Positions 26,061 to 34,517 of a stretch of 64,000 nucleotides of DNA are shown one piece after another; the stretch's first letter is position 1; every line of letters starts with the position of its first letter. Where the stretch lies: contig CAZNAI010000003.1 in assembly GCA_964571235.1 (NCBI GenBank), forward strand, positions 77,924-141,923. Reading direction: 5' to 3'. Source of the stretch: an uncultured Ignavibacteriales bacterium. GTDB lineage: Bacteria > Zixibacteria > MSB-5A5 > GN15 > FEB-12. The notes beneath the pieces were generated by a model. That model was not told where the DNA came from. It saw nothing but the letters and a program-made list of their open reading frames with translations, and did not search any database. Position numbers and translations under genes: made by a program.

Positions 26061-28112
26061 ATGACACCCCGCGGCGAGAAAATCCCTGCCGCCATCCTCG
26101 GCGCCTACTACGCGACACTGGCCGCTTTCTTCGTGGCATCATTTTTCCCCGAGTACCGCGTCTGGGGAATCAACTGGTGGGCGTACTTTCCGCTGTGGGT
26201 GAAATTTCTTCTGCTCGGCATAGGGGTGTCCGCCCCGACAGTGATTGATAGAGTCATCGATCGCACACTCAAAAGCCGCGACGATATCACACCTACGTCC
26301 TATCGCTGGCTGGTCGGCGGCTTTCTCGTCGCCATGCTCGCCTTATTCTACCTGCTTCGTGCACAGACACATTTCCTCGGCGACGGCTACACCCTGCTCC
26401 ACCTGCTCGGCTCAGAAAACCCCTTCATCAAACCGCGCAATTTCGGCGGCACCATTGTCCAGTACTGGATATTGAAATGGCTGGGAGGAACCTCCGAAGC
26501 CGACGCCCTTCTTCCCTATCAGATTGTCTCGTACACTGCCGGCCTTTTGTTCCTCTCGATCAATCTCTGGCTATCGCACCGACTGTTCACTCATCTGCTC
26601 AGTCGTTTCTTGTTCTTGGCGGTCACCAGTACAGCCGGATTTGTTCTGCTGTTTTTCGGGTATGTCGAGAACTACTCGCTCTTTGTTGTTACGGTCTATC
26701 TGCATGCCGCGATTACTTTGCTGATAGTTCACAGGCAGGCCAGCCGGTGGTGGATACTCCCGGTTCAAGGATCGGCGATCTTCTTTCATATTTTCGGCGT
26801 TGTGCTCCTGCCGGCTACAGCCGTCGCCTTGCTTGTGCATTCTCCGCTATGGCGATATATCGTGTCGTTGCGTCTTGCAGTCAGGTCGACGTTGCTGGCT
26901 GTGATACTTCTGGCGGGCACCGGTGGATTCTTCTATTGGATTCGCGAAAATCTCTTTGTCCGTTTGTCTATACTGCCGCTGGTTACCGACAAATTCACAG
27001 TCGGCGGGTACACCCTCTTCTCTTTTCCCCATCTTGCGGATATTTTCAACCTGACCATTCTCCTCTTTCCCGGAATCGCCGTGGCCGCCCTTGCTCTTTG
27101 GCAACTTCGCAGTTCGCGCATACCCGAAGGAGAGCAAAGCCAGTGGAGCCTGGCATTCACTCTCTCCATAGCCGGATGTTTCGGAGCCGCATTCATATTC
27201 TCACCCGGACTCGGCATGCCCCGCGACTGGGACCTCTTTGCCCTGGCCGGTGTGCCCCTTATTCTGTTCCTTTGCCATCGGCTATTGTCCGGCTATTCTC
27301 TGTGGAGGTCCAAAGTGGCGATGGCGACTGCACTGCTTGGCGCCCTAATCCTCTTTCCGCGGGCGGTGGTTTTTTCAGGGCATGAGATTGCGCTGAAACA
27401 TATCGAGGCGTACGCCGGTCTCGACCTTGAAAAAAGCGGCTCCTTGAGATTCTTGCTGGCGAAGTACTATCGCGAGCACGACCGGCTGGCCGACGTTCGC
27501 CGGGTTGATTCAATCGGCCTGGCCGCTGATCCCGATACCTACCGCATGAACGAGGCAATAGAACGCCGGGAAGCCGGCGATACCATAGACATGATCCCGA
27601 TTCTGCGGCGCACCACTCAGCGAAATCCGCTCAATTGGGCCGCTTGGGGAAATATTGGGGTTATCGCGCTTTTCAACCGATCATTCGATTCGGCCTACTA
27701 TTATCTGCGGATATCCGATGCCCTCAATCCGCACAACGCTTCAACAAATCTCAATCTGGCGTCCTGTCTCTATCATTTGAAACGGTACGACGAGGCGGAA
27801 GAACGAATTGCCGAGGCGATCCGCCTTGATTCAACTCAACAGACGACCGAGCTGATGACCCTTCAGTGCGATATTTATCGTGAATCTAATCAGCAGGCAA
27901 AGTATGTGGCGATGTTTGCCGCGATTGCATCAAAGCCCGACGCGCCCGAGAAATATGTCCGTGGCTGGATCGAATTACTTCTGGCACAAAAGCGGATTGC
28001 CGAAGTTGAAATCGTCCTCTCAAGCCCCTCTGCCCGAAACCTCGACCCCTTGTTCCTGTCAGAACTACGCTACCGATATCCGAACCTGGCAATGCCGGCA
28101 GACCGTCGCTGA
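26061..28112 (+). CDS. polytopic membrane protein with a C-terminal TPR domain (GT-C/TMTC-like architecture, tentative)
   Basis: Many TM segments over the first ~430 aa, then TPR-like repeats (NPLNWAAWGNIGVIALFNRSFDSAYYYLRISDALNP.., YHLKRYDEAEERIAEAIRLD). ATG 26061 (MTPRGEK..) is preferred over the track start 26019. Confidence 0.55.
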   Translation: MTPRGEKIPAAILGAYYATLAAFFVASFFPEYRVWGINWWAYFPLWVKFLLLGIGVSAPTVIDRVIDRTLKSRDDITPTSYRWLVGGFLVAMLALFYLLRAQTHFLGDGYTLLHLLGSENPFIKPRNFGGTIVQYWILKWLGGTSEADALLPYQIVSYTAGLLFLSINLWLSHRLFTHLLSRFLFLAVTSTAGFVLLFFGYVENYSLFVVTVYLHAAITLLIVHRQASRWWILPVQGSAIFFHIFGVVLLPATAVALLVHSPLWRYIVSLRLAVRSTLLAVILLAGTGGFFYWIRENLFVRLSILPLVTDKFTVGGYTLFSFPHLADIFNLTILLFPGIAVAALALWQLRSSRIPEGEQSQWSLAFTLSIAGCFGAAFIFSPGLGMPRDWDLFALAGVPLILFLCHRLLSGYSLWRSKVAMATALLGALILFPRAVVFSGHEIALKHIEAYAGLDLEKSGSLRFLLAKYYREHDRLADVRRVDSIGLAADPDTYRMNEAIERREAGDTIDMIPILRRTTQRNPLNWAAWGNIGVIALFNRSFDSAYYYLRISDALNPHNASTNLNLASCLYHLKRYDEAEERIAEAIRLDSTQQTTELMTLQCDIYRESNQQAKYVAMFAAIASKPDAPEKYVRGWIELLLAQKRIAEVEIVLSSPSARNLDPLFLSELRYRYPNLAMPADRR

Positions 28113-28122
28113 CTTTGCTTCT

Positions 28123-29235
28123 TCAGTCGGCCAGCCGCAGGGGCATCACAAGGCAGAGATAATCTTCTTTTGAAACAGCCGGGCTGTACACAATGCCGGC
28201 GGCAACAGCACTGGACAATTCAAAAATCGCCTCGCCGCCGTCGAGTTTGCCGAGTATCTCCACGATATACGTCGCGTTGTACCCGATCTCCATCCCCTCG
28301 CCATTATAGTCGCAGTCGAGCGTCTCGCGACCTTCACCGCCAACATCGGCATTGCTGGTGGACAGCGAGAGTGACCCCTTTTTCAGGGAGAACTTAACCT
28401 GATGTGTAAGCGCATTCGACAGAATCGATACCCGCCGCACAGCTCCCGCAAGTTCTTCTTTGTTGATAACCAGTTTCTTGTCGTTACTGGCCGGAATGAC
28501 CTGTTCGAAATTCGGATACGGCCCCTCGATCAGACGCGAGGTGAGCACCGTCTCGCCGATGGTGAAAATGATATTACTCTCACCAAAAATGATTCCGACT
28601 TCAGCGACACCTGACTCGGCAAATTTCGGAATCAAATTGAGCACTTTCGGCGGGATAATAACATCGGCGCTCATCCCTTTGAGCTTGGAGTTATCAGATG
28701 ACATTCTCGCCAGGCGGTGGCCATCGGTCGCCACCATCTGCATCCGATCAGCTTTGGTCTGCCAAAGCACCCCGTTGAGTGCTGGGCGGGTCTCATCAGT
28801 CGAGCAGGCAAAGGTTGTCTTGCGGATCATCTGCACCAGCTCTTTGGCAGGCACCGGAATCTCTTTTTTAGTATTCACCGCCGGTAGTTTCGGAAAATCT
28901 TCGGCCGAAATCGCCGCGATCTTATATGATCCGTTTGGAATTTTGATCTCCACCCGGGCATTTATTGCCTCAACCGTAATCTCCGATTCCGGCAACTCTT
29001 TGATAATTTCAAAGAGTATCCGCGCCGGCAGGACCGCCGATCCCTTTTTTGTGACCGCACACTCGACCGTAACGGTGATTGAGATATCCAAATCTGTCGC
29101 CGATATCTTCAGTTTATTTTCAAGTGCTTCAACAAGAATGTTGGTAAGAATTGGTAAAGTTGATTTGGTTGGCACAACCTGCAGAATCGACTGCAGTCCG
29201 GAGGCCAAGCGGGATTTCGGAAGAGAAAATTTCAT
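28123..29235 (-). CDS. dnaN: DNA polymerase III subunit beta (sliding clamp)
   Basis: MKF..L...LQ.V..VVPTKSTLPILTNILVEA.., three-domain length of 370 aa and the C-terminal MPLRL-type ending. Confidence 0.92.
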   Translation of the reverse strand: MKFSLPKSRLASGLQSILQVVPTKSTLPILTNILVEALENKLKISATDLDISITVTVECAVTKKGSAVLPARILFEIIKELPESEITVEAINARVEIKIPNGSYKIAAISAEDFPKLPAVNTKKEIPVPAKELVQMIRKTTFACSTDETRPALNGVLWQTKADRMQMVATDGHRLARMSSDNSKLKGMSADVIIPPKVLNLIPKFAESGVAEVGIIFGESNIIFTIGETVLTSRLIEGPYPNFEQVIPASNDKKLVINKEELAGAVRRVSILSNALTHQVKFSLKKGSLSLSTSNADVGGEGRETLDCDYNGEGMEIGYNATYIVEILGKLDGGEAIFELSSAVAAGIVYSPAVSKEDYLCLVMPLRLAD

Positions 29236-29522
29236 TTGTAGATGCTCCCCACAGCGGGTATCAACAGGTCTGTATTCTTATTCAGTTTGGATATATATAA
29301 GAAGTAGTAATAGTAAAGGGTGTGAATTTGTGGATGACTCCTTGCGGAGGGCGAGGTCTTGATTGCTAGTACGAAGTCAAATACGGTCTTAACCCTACGG
29401 AATACCGTCACCGGGATTCCACAATTGTTCTGCATGCAATTCACAATCAGGGCTACCTTACCCACACAGTATTTTCGCAAATCTCTTTCTCCACGCATAT
29501 CCACCGGCCTGTACACAACTTA
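29236..29522. other. dnaA-dnaN intergenic region with DnaA-box-like 9-mers and an AT-rich tract (oriC candidate)
   Basis: TGTGGATGA 29329-29337 (rc TCATCCACA, 1 mismatch to TTATCCACA); TTACCCACA 29458-29466 (1 mismatch); ATATCCACC 29497-29505 (2 mismatches). AT-rich tract atatatataagaagtagtaatagtaaa at 29291-29317. Confidence 0.5.
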
Positions 29523-30971
29523 TCAATATAAGAGTGCCGCAGAAATCTTGTCAATCTTCTCGCGAAGTGTGATGTCTCCTGCGATCCGACGCGATACCAA
29601 ATCGCACGCATGGATTACGGTCGAATGATCTCTTCCGCCGAAAGCATTACCGATCGCCTTCAGTGAATTGTCTGTCAGCGACCGCGACAAATACATCGCC
29701 ACCTGGCGAGCCAGCGCGATCTTGGCGGTCTTTTTCTTGGCCCGCATCATCTCAAGCTCGATCCGGAACTGTTCGCTGGTCTGCTTTTGAATCATCTCGA
29801 TTGTGATATGCCGTTTCTGCGACGAGAAGGTATCAGAGAGGACCTTCTGAGTCATCTCCAGGTCAATCGGGACTTTCTTGACAGAGGAGTACGCCAATAG
29901 GCGAATCAAAGCCCCTTCCAGCTCACGGATATTGGATGTCACCCGGTCAGCGATATACGTCAACACTTCGGCGGGCAGTTCCGTTCCCTCGACTGAAAGC
30001 TTCTTGAGTAGGATCGCGGTACGGTTCTCCAGATCGGGAGCCTGAAGATCGGTCACCAGCCCCCAACTGAATCGGGACAGTAGCCGTTCTTCCAGCCCCT
30101 TGATCTCTTTGGGCGGACGGTCGGATGTGAGAATGATCTGTTTTCCGGAATGGTACAGCGCATTGAACGTGTGAAAGAACTGTTCCTGCGTCGATTCTTT
30201 CCCGGTGAAGAATTGAATGTCGTCGATGATCAGCACATCTACATCGCGGTACATCTTTGTGAAATCTGAAATCGACCGGTCAGCGATCGCGTCGATGAAG
30301 TCCGATGTAAATTTCTCCGAGGTAGCGTACATCACCCGCTTGTTTGGAAAGAACTCCAGGATCTTATGCCCGACCGCCTGTACAATGTGTGTCTTGCCCA
30401 ACCCGGTGCCGCCGTAGATGTACAGCGGATTGTACTTGGTCATCCCCGGACCCTCAGCCACCGCCGAAGAAGCCGCACAGGCAAACTGATTGAAGTCACC
30501 TACGACGAGTGTCTCAAACGTATATCGCGGACTGAGATTGTGATTGGCCGGCGCTGGAGAAGCACTCGCCGGCGTCGCGTATGGGGCTTCGTCTGCCGGT
30601 ACAGCGCCGTCGAGCGCCAGCCGGGTTTGATCTCCGTTGTCACTCCCACTGGAGATGACATAGAGGATATCGTACCGTTTGCCGAGCACCTCGCGAAAGG
30701 CCTCTTCGATGTATTCGCGAAAATGCCCTTCGATCCAGTCAGCGACAAACTGATTTGCCACCGCGACCTTGAACGTCCCGTTGTCGGTCGCTTCGCCGCG
30801 TGTGGCGGCGATCCAGGTATCATACGACTGTTTTTTCAGCCGCTTCTTGATGTACTCTTTGCAGTCAATCCATGCCTGCGAGTTCGGTATTCCGTTGTTC
30901 ACTGGTGTTTCCCCCACCAAAGATTTATTCACAGCGTCCACACTTTCTAATTCACTCTGCCGCACATGCAT
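29523..30971 (-). CDS. dnaA: chromosomal replication initiator protein DnaA
   Basis: AAA+ core IYGGTGLGKTHIVQAVGH, DVLIIDDIQF, sensor and box VII strings, and the C-terminal DNA-binding helix (ALARQVAMYLSRSLTDNSLKAIGNAFGGRDHSTVIHA). Start placed at ATG 30971 (MHVRQSELES..). The 83-codon upstream extension in the track overlaps the DnaA-box region and looks non-coding. Confidence 0.93.
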   Translation of the reverse strand: MHVRQSELESVDAVNKSLVGETPVNNGIPNSQAWIDCKEYIKKRLKKQSYDTWIAATRGEATDNGTFKVAVANQFVADWIEGHFREYIEEAFREVLGKRYDILYVISSGSDNGDQTRLALDGAVPADEAPYATPASASPAPANHNLSPRYTFETLVVGDFNQFACAASSAVAEGPGMTKYNPLYIYGGTGLGKTHIVQAVGHKILEFFPNKRVMYATSEKFTSDFIDAIADRSISDFTKMYRDVDVLIIDDIQFFTGKESTQEQFFHTFNALYHSGKQIILTSDRPPKEIKGLEERLLSRFSWGLVTDLQAPDLENRTAILLKKLSVEGTELPAEVLTYIADRVTSNIRELEGALIRLLAYSSVKKVPIDLEMTQKVLSDTFSSQKRHITIEMIQKQTSEQFRIELEMMRAKKKTAKIALARQVAMYLSRSLTDNSLKAIGNAFGGRDHSTVIHACDLVSRRIAGDITLREKIDKISAALLY

Positions 30972-31268
30972 CCACAGTGTGCGACAGGGCCTGTCGACAA
31001 GTTTCCCACACAGATTTCCACAAATTCGCCAAATCGGCCAACTCGATAAACCGGTGAAATTGAGCGGGATAGCAATTCGTCGTGCGAGGATACCCACACG
31101 TTGTCCACAGACCGCTTCGTTATCTTTAACATGTGCATTGTTATCCCGAAGTGAACAAAGCGTCAAGTCGGCGTGTGGAAAAAACCCGATGAAATCCGAA
31201 CCGCTTGTCCGGTTGTACATTAGCCAGATAAAAAAATCGCCGCCTTGTCTGGCGGCGATTTGTCCACA
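30972..31268. promoter_or_regulatory. DnaA-box cluster upstream of dnaA (dnaA promoter and/or oriC candidate)
   Basis: TTTCCCACA 31002-31010, ATTTCCACA 31014-31022, ATACCCACA 31090-31098, TTGTCCACA 31101-31109, TGTGGAAAA 31174-31182 (rc TTTTCCACA), TTGTCCACA 31260-31268. Each has 1-2 mismatches to TTATCCACA. Confidence 0.55.
31229..31259 (-). terminator. rho-independent terminator of the mrp gene
   Basis: ATCGCCGCC-ttgtct-GGCGGCGAT (31236-31259). The preceding A7 run on the + strand (31230-31236) becomes the U-run after the hairpin on the minus strand. Confidence 0.6.
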
Positions 31269-31321
31269 TCTGATTTTATCGACAGGCGAGTAATACTCGC
31301 ATACACGACAAAAGGTTACCC

Positions 31322-32395
31322 CTACTCCATCGCCAATAGCTTCCGTCCGATCGCCGCGAATACTTCCATTTGCGCGTCAGTCCCGTCGATCGCCACCGGT
31401 CTGCCCGTATCAGCGCCCTCGCGGATAGAACTTTCCAGCGGAATTTCGCCAAGAAACGGCACACTCAACCGCTCGGCCAGCCGCTTGCCGCCGTCGCGAC
31501 CAAATATGTAATCGCGTTTTCCATTCGATTCGTAGTACGACATATTCTCAACCACACCGATTACCTGCAATTTGGTCTTCTCGGCCAATTTGGCGACTCG
31601 TCCGGCGACATGAGTTGCGGTCGCCTGCGGTGTGGTTACTACCAACAGCTCCGCCGAAGGTATCGCTTGCGCGATTGTGAGTGTGACATCTCCCGTTCCC
31701 GGCGGCAGATCCAGAAAGAGAAAATCCAGATCGTCCCACATCACATCGCTCAAGAACTGATTGACCGCCTTGTGGAGCATCGGTCCCCGCCAGATCACCG
31801 GGTCGTCTTCGTTGACGAAAAATCCCATCGAGACAACCTGCAGATTATCCCCTTTGCGGAGCGGCACAATCTTGTCGTCGATTATCGTCGGCTGACCAGT
31901 CACACCAAGCATTCGCGGCACTGAAAAACCATACACGTCCGCATCGAGCAATCCGACATTCTTTCCCATCTTCGCCAGCGCCGAGGCGAGATTTGTGGTG
32001 ACAGTCGATTTTCCGACTCCGCCCTTTCCTGATGACACCGCGATGAACCGCTTGGCGAAATTGACAATACTCACCGGCTCGCGTCCTTCAACCGGCGCAT
32101 GCCCCAGCTTTTGACGAAGGCGCATTCTCTGTTCGTCGGTCATGACATCGAACTCGACTTTGACCGATTCCACTCCCGGAATCAAACTCACACCATTGCG
32201 AACATCCGATGTAATTTTCTCTTTGAGTGGACATCCTGGCACAGTCAGGGTGATCCCGACTCTCACATTCCCGCCGATCACATCCACAAACCGAACCATA
32301 TCCAGTTCGGTCAGCGGCTTTTTCAGCTCCGGATCGTTGATCCCGGAGAGTATGTGCAGTACTTGTTCTTTAGTTGGCATATTAGCTCTTTTCAA
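31322..32395 (-). CDS. mrp: Mrp/NBP35 (ApbC) family iron-sulfur cluster carrier ATPase with an N-terminal DUF59/MIP18 domain
   Basis: DUF59 string (INDPELKKPLTELDMV..TLTVPGCPL), deviant Walker A AVSSGKGGVGKSTVTTNLA and LDLPPGTGD. Confidence 0.9.
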   Translation of the reverse strand: MKRANMPTKEQVLHILSGINDPELKKPLTELDMVRFVDVIGGNVRVGITLTVPGCPLKEKITSDVRNGVSLIPGVESVKVEFDVMTDEQRMRLRQKLGHAPVEGREPVSIVNFAKRFIAVSSGKGGVGKSTVTTNLASALAKMGKNVGLLDADVYGFSVPRMLGVTGQPTIIDDKIVPLRKGDNLQVVSMGFFVNEDDPVIWRGPMLHKAVNQFLSDVMWDDLDFLFLDLPPGTGDVTLTIAQAIPSAELLVVTTPQATATHVAGRVAKLAEKTKLQVIGVVENMSYYESNGKRDYIFGRDGGKRLAERLSVPFLGEIPLESSIREGADTGRPVAIDGTDAQMEVFAAIGRKLLAME

Positions 32396-32805
32396 TTGGA
32401 CTTGTCGAAATTCAGGTCGGCCAGGGTGACATCGCGGAATGTGTCCTCAAGCGATTTCTGCGCCTTGTCGTACACCGCCTGAAGTTTGCAGTTTGGCAGA
32501 TGCTGACACTGGTAGACGCAGGCCTGGCATTCGTACATGGTCATTTTCCCCTGGGTCGCCTCGATAATTTCCAAAAGCGTGATTTCTTTGGGCGCTCTGT
32601 TGAGGCGCAATCCGCCGCCGAATCCGCGCGAGGTAACCACCAGCGCCGCCCGCGACAGTTCGGAAACGATCTGCGGAAGGTACTTGGGGGGGATCTGCTG
32701 ACGATTGGCAATGGCGGTGGCGGTGGTGAGGGTGGAGCCGTTGTGGTGAGCGATCTCCCACATAGCTCTAATGGCGTACTCAGTCTTTTTTGTTAACATA
32801 CTCAT
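32392..32805 (-). CDS. Rrf2-family (IscR-like) transcriptional regulator
   Basis: LTKKTEYAIRAMWEIA.. winged helix, GGLRLNRAP..ITLLEIIEA and a Cys cluster (CQACVYQCQHLPNC). A 4-nt overlap with mrp suggests an operon. Alternative GTG start at 32814. Confidence 0.85.
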   Translation of the reverse strand: MSMLTKKTEYAIRAMWEIAHHNGSTLTTATAIANRQQIPPKYLPQIVSELSRAALVVTSRGFGGGLRLNRAPKEITLLEIIEATQGKMTMYECQACVYQCQHLPNCKLQAVYDKAQKSLEDTFRDVTLADLNFDKSN

Positions 32806-32844
32806 ATTATACACCCCCGCCCGGAATAAGCAAGGGGGGGTAAA

Positions 32845-33123
32845 GTCACCCTGAGCTTGCGAAGTCCCGCGGCATGAGCCGCAGGGGTCGAAGGGCCTCC
32901 GATGCGAGCCCTCGTGTAGGTCGAAACCCCCGCGGTTTCGACACCGTGTCTGTCACCCCGACCCCTCTTTGTCACCCCGGCGAAGGCCGGGGCCCAGTCG
33001 TGTAGGTCGGCGACCCTCGCGGTCCCGACAACTTGGCGTCACCCTGAGCCTGCGAAGTCCCGCGGCTTGAGCCGCAAGGGTCGAAGGGCCGCCCCCGTCT
33101 GTCATCCCAGCGAAAGCTGGGAC
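32845..33123. repeat. repeat cluster: 52-bp direct repeat pair plus GTAG-headed and GC-stem hairpins
   Basis: DR1 at 32845-32896 and DR2 at 33038-33089 (gtcaccctgagcYtgcgaagtcccgcggcWtgagccgcaRgggtcgaagggc, 3 mismatches). GTAGGTCGAAACCcccGCGGTTTCGAC 32916-32942; GTAGGTCGGCGACCctcGCGGTCCCGAC 33002-33029; gtcaCCCCGGCgaagGCCGGGGc 32971-32993; gtcatCCCAGCgaaaGCTGGGac 33101-33123. Confidence 0.75.
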
Positions 33124-33172
33124 CCATCTTCTCTTCGCCTTGGTACCCCACCATTCATGGCGGATTTATCAA

Positions 33173-34426
33173 CTAACCCCTTTTCTTCAATACGACGATA
33201 TACTCATTTACCATCGTTGTGTCCAAAGCTCCAACGACATTAGTAGGACTATTTTTGCTCGGCATGCGTTTGTTCGGAATATTACGCACCACCGTTTCAA
33301 TATGTTCAAACCCGTTCAATTCAAACATTTGGCTAGTTATCAGATCTGTGGGTAGAGTGACACCTTTAACCCGTCGATTTCCTACGACGTAACAAACGGT
33401 CCCTTGGGGGCGTACTACACGCGATACGTTGTCAATAGATCTCTTGTAGTCGTCATAAAATGAAACGACATCCTCGACTCGTCGGGCATCCTGATTTCGA
33501 ATTTCGCGAATAGCTAGATCAAGGCAGTCGATTCCGAAATCCAATTTTCTGAGATTTCTCATCCCACCCATTAGCAAATTATCAAGACGCTCGGCGTTTT
33601 CAAAGCCTAGCCACTGACTAGAAAGTCTCGAAAACTGGCCGTACGCAACTGTGGTTTGCGAGTCCCCGTACGGGGGTGATGTTACTACGATATCTACAGC
33701 CTCAGGATGAACAATTTCTTCCGGAATGTAATCCACAGAGTTGAAATCGAAGACGCGCGAAATTGCATCACCGTTCTTCTCTTGCATGTACATTGCTAGG
33801 CCAGATCTACACTTTCTCAACTTCGTCTGCATAAGCCTGAAGACGTCAGGATTGTGAGCGGATCTACTTTTTTCGGTCATCCGAAACAACTTGAATTCGC
33901 CGTTTCTTGTCCAAGAGGCATCCCGAACTGTCTCGCTGAATGGTACCATAAAGAAGTTGCGCACATGTTGATCGGAAATATCAAATATGAACTTTCTAAC
34001 CGTGGCCAGCTGAGATTGGATTTCCGGTGCAAACCAGAAATTGATATTTCGAAAGTTTGGAGCTTCAACCGGTCGTTCACCTTCAATACCAAAATCCCGA
34101 TTAAAGACCAATTCTTCGAATCGATTAATCACCTTGTCGAGTCGCGAAAGATCTATTGGAGTAGTCTTGGCGATCGACAATAGTCTTGCCAGCGGATTGA
34201 GATCGGTACCAATAGCATCTATTCCCCGTAAATTTGCTTCTACGAGAGACGTCCCAGAACCACAATAGGGGTCAAACAAGAGTTTGGCGTTTGAACAATG
34301 ACGGTCGATGAGTTCGCCTGCTATTTGGGGGATCATTATAGCGGGATAGCTATGAAAACAATGAGTATATCCCTTTGTGTCAGCCCCGCGAAAATCCCAC
34401 GTTGTGTCCGTATAGACTGCGCCCAC
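33173..34426 (-). CDS. type II DNA methyltransferase (amino-MTase, SPPY catalytic motif; probably N4-cytosine)
   Basis: SAM motif I LFDPYCGSGTSLVEA near the N-terminus, catalytic motif IV VVTSPPYGD about 200 aa later (alpha-like order). Divergent from the C-protein/endonuclease operon. Visibly AT-richer than its flanks. Confidence 0.85.
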   Translation of the reverse strand: MGAVYTDTTWDFRGADTKGYTHCFHSYPAIMIPQIAGELIDRHCSNAKLLFDPYCGSGTSLVEANLRGIDAIGTDLNPLARLLSIAKTTPIDLSRLDKVINRFEELVFNRDFGIEGERPVEAPNFRNINFWFAPEIQSQLATVRKFIFDISDQHVRNFFMVPFSETVRDASWTRNGEFKLFRMTEKSRSAHNPDVFRLMQTKLRKCRSGLAMYMQEKNGDAISRVFDFNSVDYIPEEIVHPEAVDIVVTSPPYGDSQTTVAYGQFSRLSSQWLGFENAERLDNLLMGGMRNLRKLDFGIDCLDLAIREIRNQDARRVEDVVSFYDDYKRSIDNVSRVVRPQGTVCYVVGNRRVKGVTLPTDLITSQMFELNGFEHIETVVRNIPNKRMPSKNSPTNVVGALDTTMVNEYIVVLKKRG

Positions 34427-34465
34427 TTATACTCCCTTACACAATCGCTTCTATAAATGTCTACT

Positions 34466-34477
34466 TACCTATAGGTA
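34466..34477. promoter_or_regulatory. perfect 12-bp palindrome in the divergent R-M promoter region (candidate C-box operator)
   Basis: TACCTATAGGTA is self-complementary. It lies 40 nt upstream of the C-protein ATG and 40 nt upstream of the methyltransferase start. Confidence 0.5.
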
Positions 34478-34517
34478 GGTGCAAATATATGCAATTTGAA
34501 GTAGTATTTCAATACCT

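Noticed and set aside
26477-27385. 302-aa alternative-frame ORF inside the 26061..28112 membrane-protein gene
   Set aside because: Arg/Ser/Pro-rich low-complexity translation typical of an off-frame read of GC-rich coding DNA. The annotated frame gives coherent TM helices and TPR repeats.
28460-29362. 300-aa ORF antisense to dnaN, and similar long antisense ORFs (2057..2725 vs hflX, 8633..9262 and 9776..10345 vs uvrA, 36064..36681 vs lspA, 39558..40169 vs ileS, 54056..54817 vs birA/iscU, 55524..56489 vs nadC, 59982..60629 vs the HmuY-like gene)
   Set aside because: Each lies opposite a gene with unambiguous family motifs. Their translations are low-complexity with no motifs, so they are shadow ORFs.
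30972-31220. 83-codon N-terminal extension of the dnaA ORF in the supplied track (start at 31220)
   Set aside because: The extension (MYNRTSGSDFIGFFPHADL..) has no DnaA-like sequence and runs through the DnaA-box cluster. ATG 30971 gives a normal-length (482 aa) DnaA.
32845-33123. Possible CRISPR array, because of repeated palindromic units in several intergenic regions
   Set aside because: Units are not identical, spacing is irregular (no constant repeat-spacer period), orientations are mixed and no cas genes are present. They fit REP/REPIN-like elements instead.
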